In this document: one piece after another, positions 1 to 7,093 of the stretch
Position numbering within the stretch: position 1 is the first letter of the stretch
Layout of the letters: each line of letters begins with the position of its first letter
Source: Polyangiales bacterium
Lineage (GTDB): Bacteria > Myxococcota_A > Polyangia > Polyangiales > Ga0077539
Direction: 5' to 3'
Assembly (NCBI GenBank): GCA_044229975.1
Contig: JBGARZ010000001.1
Coordinates: 544,001 to 608,000, forward strand
DNA length: 64,000 nt
Made by a program: the position numbers and the translations under genes
Notes under the pieces: generated by a model
Told to the model about the DNA's origin: nothing
Databases searched by the model: none
Seen by the model: the letters and a program-made list of their open reading frames with translations, nothing else

Positions 1-20
1 CGCAACGCGAGGCCACGCCG

Positions 21-1196
21 TCAGCGCGCCGCGAGCTGCTCACGGTATCCGCCAAGGTTGCGCAGAAGCTCTCGCATCGAGTCACCCGCAAACTTCTCCA
101 GCATGGCGTCGGCGAGCGTGAGGCACACCATGGCTTCGAGGACGACGCCCGCCGCGGGCACCGCACACACGTCACTGCGCTCGGTGTTGGCCGGCGACGG
201 TTCGTGGGTGAGAACGTTCACCGACCCCATGGGCCGACGCAGCGTCGAGATGGGCTTCATCGCGGCGCGCAGCACCACCGGTTCGCCGTTGGTCACGCCG
301 CCTTCCACGCCACCCGCGCGGTTGCTCGTCCTCGCGTACGCACCCTCGCGGTGCTCGATGGCGTCGTGCACGGCCGACCCGCGCAGCGACGCCGCGGCCC
401 ACCCCTCGCCCAGCTCCACGGCCTTGATCGCCTGCACCGACATCGCAGCCTGCGCGAGCCGTCCGTCGAGCCGACGGTCCCACTGCGCGTAGCTGCCGAG
501 GCCCACCACGACGCCCACCGCCGCGACCTCGATCACCCCGCCCAGCGTGTCGCCCGCGTGCGACGTCGCCAGGATCTCCGCCCGCATCGCCGCCTCCGCC
601 GCTTCGTCGAGCACGCGCAGCGACGACGCCTCCAGCCGATCGGCCAGCTCACCGTCCGGCACCCACGCGCGCGCATCGGCCTCCGCCCCATCGCGAACGC
701 TCCCGATGGACACCACCCGCGAGCGCACCACCACACCGCACGCCGCGAGGAGCTTGCGCGCCACCGCCCCGCACGCCACGCGCGCCGCCGTCTCCCGCGC
801 GCTCGCTCGTTCGAGCACATCGCGCACGTCGTGGCGGTCGTACTTGAGCAGCCCCGCGAGGTCGGCGTGTCCGGGCCGCGGCGTGGTCACCGGCTCGGGC
901 GGCGACACGAAGGGCTCTGGTCCCATGCGCCCCTGCCAGTTGGCGTAGTCGCGGTTGTCGATGCGGAGCGCGATGGGCGAGCCGAGGGTCTCTCCGCCGC
1001 GAACACCCGCGTCGAGGCGCGCGGTGTCGTGCTCGATCTTCATGCGACCGCCGCGGCCGTAGCCGCGCTGCCGACGAGCGAGGTCGCGGTCGACGTCGGC
1101 GGCGACGAGCGCGAGGCCCGCCGGGACGCCGTCGATGAGCGCCAGGAGCGACGGGCCGTGGGACTCGCCCGCGGTGGTCCAGCGAAGGTGGGTCAT
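21..1196 (-). CDS. aroC: chorismate synthase
   Basis: N-terminal TAGESHG, plus RPGHAD, ERASARETAARVA, NRAGGVEGG and MKPISTL motifs; directly downstream of pilQ. Confidence 0.97.
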   Translation of the reverse strand: MTHLRWTTAGESHGPSLLALIDGVPAGLALVAADVDRDLARRQRGYGRGGRMKIEHDTARLDAGVRGGETLGSPIALRIDNRDYANWQGRMGPEPFVSPPEPVTTPRPGHADLAGLLKYDRHDVRDVLERASARETAARVACGAVARKLLAACGVVVRSRVVSIGSVRDGAEADARAWVPDGELADRLEASSLRVLDEAAEAAMRAEILATSHAGDTLGGVIEVAAVGVVVGLGSYAQWDRRLDGRLAQAAMSVQAIKAVELGEGWAAASLRGSAVHDAIEHREGAYARTSNRAGGVEGGVTNGEPVVLRAAMKPISTLRRPMGSVNVLTHEPSPANTERSDVCAVPAAGVVLEAMVCLTLADAMLEKFAGDSMRELLRNLGGYREQLAAR

Positions 1197-1256
1197 CAGG
1201 GCTGTAGGGGGAGGATAGAGAGGCGGAGGCGGGGGAGAGTCAACCGTCGGGGCGGT

Positions 1257-2837
1257 TCAGCGCCCGAGGGACTCTGCGCGGTTCACGATGCGGGGCGTGA
1301 TGAAGATGAGCAGCTCGGTGCGGCGGTCGCTCTGGCGGCGGCGCTGGAAGAGCACGCCGAGGATCGGGATGTCGCCGAGCAGCGGGACGCCTTCCACGTT
1401 GCGACCGGTGTTGCGGGTGTAGATGCCGCCGATGACCGCGGTGCGCCCGTCCTGGATGAGCAGGTCGGTCTCGGCCTCGCGGCGCAGAATCGTGGGGTCA
1501 CCACGCGCGCCGGTGTTGTTGAAGTCCGGCTCGTCGCGGTTGACGCGAACGTGCAGCGAGATCGACCCGTCGGCCGTGACGTGCGGACGCACGCGGAGCT
1601 GGAGCTTGGCCTCCTGGAAGGCCGTCTGGATACCGGCGGCGCTCACCTGCGAGTAGGGGATGAGGGTTCCCTGCGCGATGGTCGCCTCGCGGTTGTCGAG
1701 GGTCAGGATGCGCGGCGAGCTCACGATGCGGAGCACGCCGGTGCTCTCGGCGGCCGAGAGGCGCACGTTGAGGTTGAGCGCGCGGCCGATGGAGCCGAGC
1801 GTGAAGCCGAGCGCACCACCGGAGCCACCGCCGGTCGCGGCCGGAAGGTTCACCGCGAAGTTGGGGTTGGTCACGCGGGCTTGCGTGGCCGACAGACCGC
1901 CCGTCGGGGAGTTCACGTCGCTCGCGCCGCCGACGACCGCGATGTCGCTCGGGAAGCTGAGGCCCGTGGGGTTGCCGGTCGCGGCGAGGAAGCCGAGATC
2001 ACCGCCCCACTGGATGCCGACGTCGCGCGAGAAGGTGCTCGTGGCCTCGACGATGCGCGCCTCGACGAGCACCTGCGGGGTCTGCGTGTCGAGCGAGCGA
2101 ACGAGCTGCTCGACCTGGTTGAGCGAGCCCGCCACGTCGCGGACGATGAGCATGTTGGTGCGCTCGTCGACCGAGAGGGTGCCGCGGGAGGTGAGCAGCT
2201 CGCGAGCGCGAGGAGCGACCTCGCCGCCGAGGGCGTAGCTCACCGGGATGAGCCGCGTCTCGAGGGGTTCGAGGGCGATGTTCTGCTTGGCGCGCTCGAT
2301 GGCGAGCTCGCGCTCCTTGTCGAGCACCGACTGCGGCGCGATGCGGATGATGTTTCCGTCGCGCTGCATGCCGAGCGAGCGGGCCGCGAGGATCACCTCC
2401 AACGCACGGTCCCAGGGGACGTTGTGCATGCGGATGGTGACGTTGCCGGCCACGTCGTCGGAGGTGACGATGTTGACGTTGCCGACCTCCGCGAGGAGGC
2501 GCAGCACGTTGTGGATGTCCGCATCGCGCAGGTCGATGTCGATGCGACGCCCGGTGCCCGGGGTCTGCCCCCGCGCTCCGTTGATCTGCATCGGGACGGT
2601 GGAGAGGAACCCCGCCTCGTCAGCCTGCGCCCCCGCGACGACCTCCGCGGACTCGCGCGCCACCACTCGGGAGGCTGGGCGAATCGGCGGCGGACCGTCC
2701 GACGGCAGCTGCTGCGCTGCGGAAGTGCGCGGCGCTACGAGCGCAGCGACGAGCATGAAAAGGGGCCCGGCGAAGCGCCACGGGAGCGCGCGTGCTTGCC
2801 GGGGGCCATCAGACCGCTTGGTACGGAGCCGGTTCAT
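1257..2837 (-). CDS. pilQ: type IV pilus secretin PilQ, short form with no recognisable AMIN domains
   Basis: IDIDLRDADIHNVLRLLA, VPWDRAL, VDERTNMLIVRD, PQVLVEARIVEA, SSPRILTLDNREATIAQG, VPLLGDIPILGVLF and ELLIFITPRIV; ATG 2837 has GAGG about 6 nt upstream (track start is GTG 2849). Confidence 0.95.
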   Translation of the reverse strand: MNRLRTKRSDGPRQARALPWRFAGPLFMLVAALVAPRTSAAQQLPSDGPPPIRPASRVVARESAEVVAGAQADEAGFLSTVPMQINGARGQTPGTGRRIDIDLRDADIHNVLRLLAEVGNVNIVTSDDVAGNVTIRMHNVPWDRALEVILAARSLGMQRDGNIIRIAPQSVLDKERELAIERAKQNIALEPLETRLIPVSYALGGEVAPRARELLTSRGTLSVDERTNMLIVRDVAGSLNQVEQLVRSLDTQTPQVLVEARIVEATSTFSRDVGIQWGGDLGFLAATGNPTGLSFPSDIAVVGGASDVNSPTGGLSATQARVTNPNFAVNLPAATGGGSGGALGFTLGSIGRALNLNVRLSAAESTGVLRIVSSPRILTLDNREATIAQGTLIPYSQVSAAGIQTAFQEAKLQLRVRPHVTADGSISLHVRVNRDEPDFNNTGARGDPTILRREAETDLLIQDGRTAVIGGIYTRNTGRNVEGVPLLGDIPILGVLFQRRRQSDRRTELLIFITPRIVNRAESLGR

Positions 2838-2925
2838 CCAGGACCTCACTCAGGGTTCGCCCTGACGCTAACGGAGTCGCGCGGAGTAGCCCGCATTTCG
2901 TGCAAAAATTCTGCTTCTCGGAGCT

Positions 2926-3045
2926 CCGCACCGCCCTCCCCCGCGGGCGCAGCGGCCCCTCGGAGAGCCCACTTCCTGCGAGCAGGAAGGGGAGCTCTCT
3001 CTGGAGGACGATGCGGTTGATTCGCGGGAGAGGTGATGGGTGCGG
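2926..3045. other. ~120-nt imperfect inverted repeat (rod-like hairpin) between pilP and pilQ
   Basis: Nested pairings ccgcacc(2926-2932)/ggtgcgg(3039-3045), gagagc(2963-2968)/gctctc(2994-2999) and cttcctg(2972-2978)/caggaag(2983-2989). Confidence 0.6.
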
Positions 3046-3054
3046 TGGGGACGT

Positions 3055-3996
3055 TCAGCGCAGCGGCGACTCTCCGCCCGTCGTGACGATGGGCGGCGGG
3101 GTCGTCGGGAGCGGCACCAGCGTCGGCCCGGCGGGCGGAGCCGCGGGGGCCGGAGGCTGCTGCACGATCACCGTGGTGGTCGTGGTCGGCGGCTGTTGAC
3201 CGCCCTGGCCCGGGATGCCGCGCGCCTGACCCGGACCGGCCGAAGCCGACGGGACACTCGAGGGCAGGAAGCTCGGCGTCGGACCGCCCACACCCGGGAT
3301 GGGCATCCCGAGGGCGGAGCCCACCGACGGCGGGGGCTGCGACTGCGAGCTGGTGACGCCCGCGGACGTCATGGCCACCGCACGCTCGACGACCTGCGCG
3401 TTGGGGTTGAGCGGATCTTCGCGCTCGAAGACCACCTCGGCGGGGATCTCCGCGAGCACGCCATCGGGCGAGCGGCGGAGGCGAGCCGGGCTGATGCGCG
3501 CGACGCGCCAGTGCACGGCGTAGTCGGTGCGGCCCTCCTGGTTCGACCGGATGATCTCCTGTCGACCCACGTACATGCCGCGGCGGAGGATGGTCCCGGT
3601 GTTGGTCGGGTCCTTCACCATGGCGTACGGGCTGTCGGTGCCCAGCACGATGGCGACGAGGCGGAGCTCGTCGAGGGAGAAGCGCGGCAGCACCACGGCG
3701 CGTGAGTCCGTCGTCGTGATGATGTCGATGCGGTTGCTGAAGCGCCGGAACGGGTCGCGCACGCTCGGGCTCTCCACGAACGACTGGTCGGTCACCGCGA
3801 TGGCGGGGGGACCAGCGTCGGACTGGTTGGGCGAGCCCGGGGTCCGGCCGTTGCGGGCGTTGTTGCTCCCCGTGCGCGCGGTGCTGTTGGCCGCCGGAGG
3901 CGCCGGGGCCGGGGGTGGCGGCGGGTCGTCACACCCGGCCGCGCCGAGCGCGAGGCACAGGGCCCACGCCGCGTCACGTCGTTGCCAGCGCTTCAT
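3055..3996 (-). CDS. pilP: PilP pilus assembly lipoprotein with Pro-rich extensions
   Basis: Lipobox LGAAGC; RDPF, FSLDELRLVAIV and PYAMVKDP..GTILRRGMYVG match the PilP core; located between pilO and pilQ. Confidence 0.88.
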   Translation of the reverse strand: MKRWQRRDAAWALCLALGAAGCDDPPPPPAPAPPAANSTARTGSNNARNGRTPGSPNQSDAGPPAIAVTDQSFVESPSVRDPFRRFSNRIDIITTTDSRAVVLPRFSLDELRLVAIVLGTDSPYAMVKDPTNTGTILRRGMYVGRQEIIRSNQEGRTDYAVHWRVARISPARLRRSPDGVLAEIPAEVVFEREDPLNPNAQVVERAVAMTSAGVTSSQSQPPPSVGSALGMPIPGVGGPTPSFLPSSVPSASAGPGQARGIPGQGGQQPPTTTTTVIVQQPPAPAAPPAGPTLVPLPTTPPPIVTTGGESPLR

Positions 3997-4646
3997 CGCG
4001 CACCTCCGGGGGCCGCCGGGGCCGCAGCGCCAGCGGGACGGGCCGCGGCGGGGGCCGGGGTCACGACGCCGCGGAAGGTCGTCGCGAGCATGGTCGCCGA
4101 CAAGAGCATGTCGTGCGTGTTGGGGTCTTCCGTCGGGGTCGCCAGCTTGATGTTCTCCATGTTGATCACGCGGGGGAGCTGCGACACCGAGTGGAAGAAC
4201 CGCGCGAGCGAGAGGTAGGTGCCGTTGACCTGCATCTGCACCGGGATGCGCGCGAAGTAGCGCTCGACCCGCTCGTCCACCGGCTGGATGAGCCGGATGG
4301 AGAGGCCGCTCGCCTCCGCGAGCGCGTTGATGCTCCGCATGAACCCGGGGATGTCCGGGTCGTTGGGGAGCACGGACTCCAGCGACTGCGCGTGCACCCG
4401 CGCGCGGGCGAGCTCGGCCACGTCGGTGTTGTACCGACGCAGGTTCTGCTCCTCCCTCAACCGCGAGGCCGCGAGCTCGGTGCGACGGGCCTCCTGCTGG
4501 GCCTTGTCCTGCGCCAGCGGGTCATACAAGAGGAAGTAATACCCGGCGAGCACGCCGATGACCGCGATGACCCAGACGACGACGAGCACCACCGTCTGGT
4601 TGACGCCGCCGAGGCTGACGCCGCCGCCACTCTTCTTGGCTGCCAT
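3993..4646 (-). CDS. pilO: type IV pilus assembly protein PilO
   Basis: N-terminal TM, coiled coil, LPNDPDIPGF, FARIPVQMQVNGTY..LARFFHSVSQLPRVIN; synteny. Confidence 0.93.
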   Translation of the reverse strand: MAAKKSGGGVSLGGVNQTVVLVVVWVIAVIGVLAGYYFLLYDPLAQDKAQQEARRTELAASRLREEQNLRRYNTDVAELARARVHAQSLESVLPNDPDIPGFMRSINALAEASGLSIRLIQPVDERVERYFARIPVQMQVNGTYLSLARFFHSVSQLPRVINMENIKLATPTEDPNTHDMLLSATMLATTFRGVVTPAPAAARPAGAAAPAAPGGAR

Positions 4647-4647
4647 G

Positions 4648-5298
4648 TCAGTACCTCACCCGGGCGCTGATGGTGAACTGCTGCACCGGCAGGCCGTTGG
4701 TCGCCGTCATCGCAGCAGCGCGCTCCAGGCGAACGTTCTGGAAGTAGAGGCTGAGCTGCATCCTGCGCATGGCCTCACCGACGTCGTCGGCGGTGCGGCC
4801 CTCGCCCTGGATCTTCACGTTGCGGTTCTCCTCGTCAAAGGCCGTGAGCCAGAGACGCTTGGTGTCCCAGGTCGCGCTCCAGAGCTGGTCGCGCAGGCCG
4901 CGGGCTCGGAGCGACTCGACCACCGTGGGGTCGGCCGTCGGCGCGCCGCCCGTGGTGAGGATGTGCGAGATCTCCAACAGCATGGAGGTGGGGCCCGTGC
5001 GGGCCGCCTGGAGCTGCTGGATCGCCTCTTCGCGGCGGTGGATCTCGGCGAGCTCGTCGAGGATCTTCTGGTGATCCGCGACGCGGCCCTTGATGGCGTC
5101 GATCTCGCTCGACGTCCGGCTGTTGGCCGAGCGGATCGCATCCACCTCGCTCGCCTGCGACGTGTGGAACAGGAAGAGCCCGCTGAGCAGCAGCACCAGC
5201 GACCCGATGACGCCGACCAGCAACAGGTTCGGGATGCCACCCGCGAAGCCCGACGGCTTGGTGGTGGCCCTGTCTGGCAGTAGGTTGATTTTCAACAT
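4648..5298 (-). CDS. pilN: type IV pilus assembly protein PilN
   Basis: N-terminal KINLLP PilM-binding motif, TM, coiled coil, LWLT; synteny. Confidence 0.93.
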   Translation of the reverse strand: MLKINLLPDRATTKPSGFAGGIPNLLLVGVIGSLVLLLSGLFLFHTSQASEVDAIRSANSRTSSEIDAIKGRVADHQKILDELAEIHRREEAIQQLQAARTGPTSMLLEISHILTTGGAPTADPTVVESLRARGLRDQLWSATWDTKRLWLTAFDEENRNVKIQGEGRTADDVGEAMRRMQLSLYFQNVRLERAAAMTATNGLPVQQFTISARVRY

Positions 5299-5312
5299 CG
5301 TCGTGGGTCCTC

Positions 5313-6383
5313 TTAGGCCTTCTCGCGGTCCTTGCGCAGGGCGAGACCGATCGACACGGCCACCTGCGCGCGGTGGAGGTTCAGGAGATCACCGTTGACC
5401 TCCTTCAGGTCGACGGCGATGTCTCGGAAGGGATCCAACAACTCGACGGGCGCTTTCGTCCTGCGCTCGATGGCGGCGCCCACCTCGGGGATGTTCGCCG
5501 TGCCGCCCGAGATGTAGATGCGCGAGATCTCGCGCTCGCCGCTGGTGGCCAGGTAGAAGTCGAGCGAGCGGAGAATCTCGCCCGAGAGCCCCTCGCACAC
5601 CTGCCGCACGATCTGCGGCACCTCGTTGGGCACCACCGAGCGACCCGTCGCTGCGCCCTGGAGCACCGCGCCGGTCTTGTACGTCTCGGCCTCCTCGTAG
5701 GAGATCCCGAGGCGCTTCTGGATCTCCTCGGTGATCGCGTTGCCGCCGTTGATGATGTTGCGGGTGAAGGCCGGAATGCCCTGCGACAGGATGTTGATGG
5801 TGGTGAGCGTCGCGCCGATGTTGATCAGCGCGATGGTCCCCTCCTTCGGCAGCCCGTAGTTCACCTCGAAGGTGTTCTGGACGGTGAACGCGTCGACGTC
5901 GATCACGACGGGCTTCAGCTTCGCCTCGCGGGCGACCTGCGCGGTGTCGTTGATCTCGTCCTTCTTCGCCGCGACGAGGAGCACGTCCATCTGCCCCTGC
6001 TCGCTGCGGCTGCGGAGCACCTCGTAGTCGATCTGTACGTCCTTGATGTCGTACGGGATCTGCTGCTCGGCCTCCCAGTCGATCTGCTCGTCGAGCTCGG
6101 CGGCGCTCATCAAGGGCAGCGTGATGCGCTTGATGATCACCGCGTGACCCGACACCGCGAGCGCCACTTCGCGGCGCTTGATCTTGAGCTGCGTGAAGAG
6201 GCTGTTGAGCCCCTCGAGCACCGCCGCGGTGTTCATCACGTGCCCGTCCACGATCGTCTGCGGTGGCAACGGGTGATACCCGAAGCGCACCAGAGTCCGC
6301 TTACCGCGCACCTCCTTGAGCTGGCAGACCTTGATGGAGCTCGAACCGATGTCGACGCCGACGAGATAGTTGCCTTCGGCCAT
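5313..6383 (-). CDS. pilM: type IV pilus assembly protein PilM (actin/FtsA-like)
   Basis: VGVDIGSSSIK, EAEQQIPY, VLLVAAKK, INIGAT, RSLDFY, ISGGTA, IGLALR; ATG 6383 preceded by AAGGA. Confidence 0.96.
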   Translation of the reverse strand: MAEGNYLVGVDIGSSSIKVCQLKEVRGKRTLVRFGYHPLPPQTIVDGHVMNTAAVLEGLNSLFTQLKIKRREVALAVSGHAVIIKRITLPLMSAAELDEQIDWEAEQQIPYDIKDVQIDYEVLRSRSEQGQMDVLLVAAKKDEINDTAQVAREAKLKPVVIDVDAFTVQNTFEVNYGLPKEGTIALINIGATLTTINILSQGIPAFTRNIINGGNAITEEIQKRLGISYEEAETYKTGAVLQGAATGRSVVPNEVPQIVRQVCEGLSGEILRSLDFYLATSGEREISRIYISGGTANIPEVGAAIERRTKAPVELLDPFRDIAVDLKEVNGDLLNLHRAQVAVSIGLALRKDREKA

Positions 6384-6496
6384 CCGCGTTCCTTGAAGCA
6401 GCGCCGTGGGGTGGACGCTGATCCAAGCCATTCAACCACCCGCGCGTCTCGCGGGTCAAAACTTGATCCGAGAGCGCGGGCGAATCGCGGAGAGCT

Positions 6497-7012
6497 CTAC
6501 CGCCTGGCGCCCTTCGACGAAGACCCCTTGGCCGGGACCTCTTCCTCGTCTTCGCCCACGTCGATGTCCTCCAGCCGGGCGACGCGCACCTTGGCCGTCG
6601 ACGCGTCGTCGCCCTTGCCGTCGTTGTCGAGCTCGATGAGCGACGCGTAGACCACCGCCAGCATCGGGGCGAGCACGATGGGCTGCTGCACCAGCCGGTC
6701 AGGCGCGGTGAGGGAGGGGTGAAGCGCGGTGAGGTCGATGCCCTTCAAGGTGAGGAAGGCGCTCGCCAACGCGTAGAGCCCGCAGCCCACGGCGATGCCG
6801 AATACACCACGGAGTAAAGCTTCGATCCACGCGCCCGGCTTCCACAGCGCCTTGCCCGCGACGGCTCCGGTCACGGCGCCGAGGAGGCCGTAGAAGACGT
6901 AGGCGAACCCACCGAACAACGGCCCACGGTGAAGGACGATGGACATGAGCGCCCCCAGACCGCCGCCGACGACGATGCCCTTGAGGACTCCAACGAGCAG
7001 GCGCTTGAGCAT
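6497..7012 (-). CDS. hypothetical membrane protein (~4 TM) with charged C-terminal tail
   Basis: Four hydrophobic Gly-rich segments; co-oriented with and just upstream of pilM. Confidence 0.75.
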   Translation of the reverse strand: MLKRLLVGVLKGIVVGGGLGALMSIVLHRGPLFGGFAYVFYGLLGAVTGAVAGKALWKPGAWIEALLRGVFGIAVGCGLYALASAFLTLKGIDLTALHPSLTAPDRLVQQPIVLAPMLAVVYASLIELDNDGKGDDASTAKVRVARLEDIDVGEDEEEVPAKGSSSKGARR

Positions 7013-7093
7013 GGGGTGAGGGCGAGGCTGCCATGCGTGTTCCGCAGCGGCAACCGCCCTGACGCGGGGCGAGAGCGATGGATGGAGAGGGCG

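Noticed and set aside
2895..2920. sigma54 promoter upstream of pilQ (TTGCA on the minus strand)
   Set aside because: The invariant GG at -24 is missing at the required spacing
204..3020. Long antisense or alternate-frame ORFs (e.g. 204..3020+, 12459..14834+, 41560..44232-, 46506..49505-, 54745..58029+, 61053..63746+)
   Set aside because: Shadow ORFs typical of very high GC DNA; they overlap genes with clear motifs and are Arg/Gly/Ala-rich with no recognisable domains
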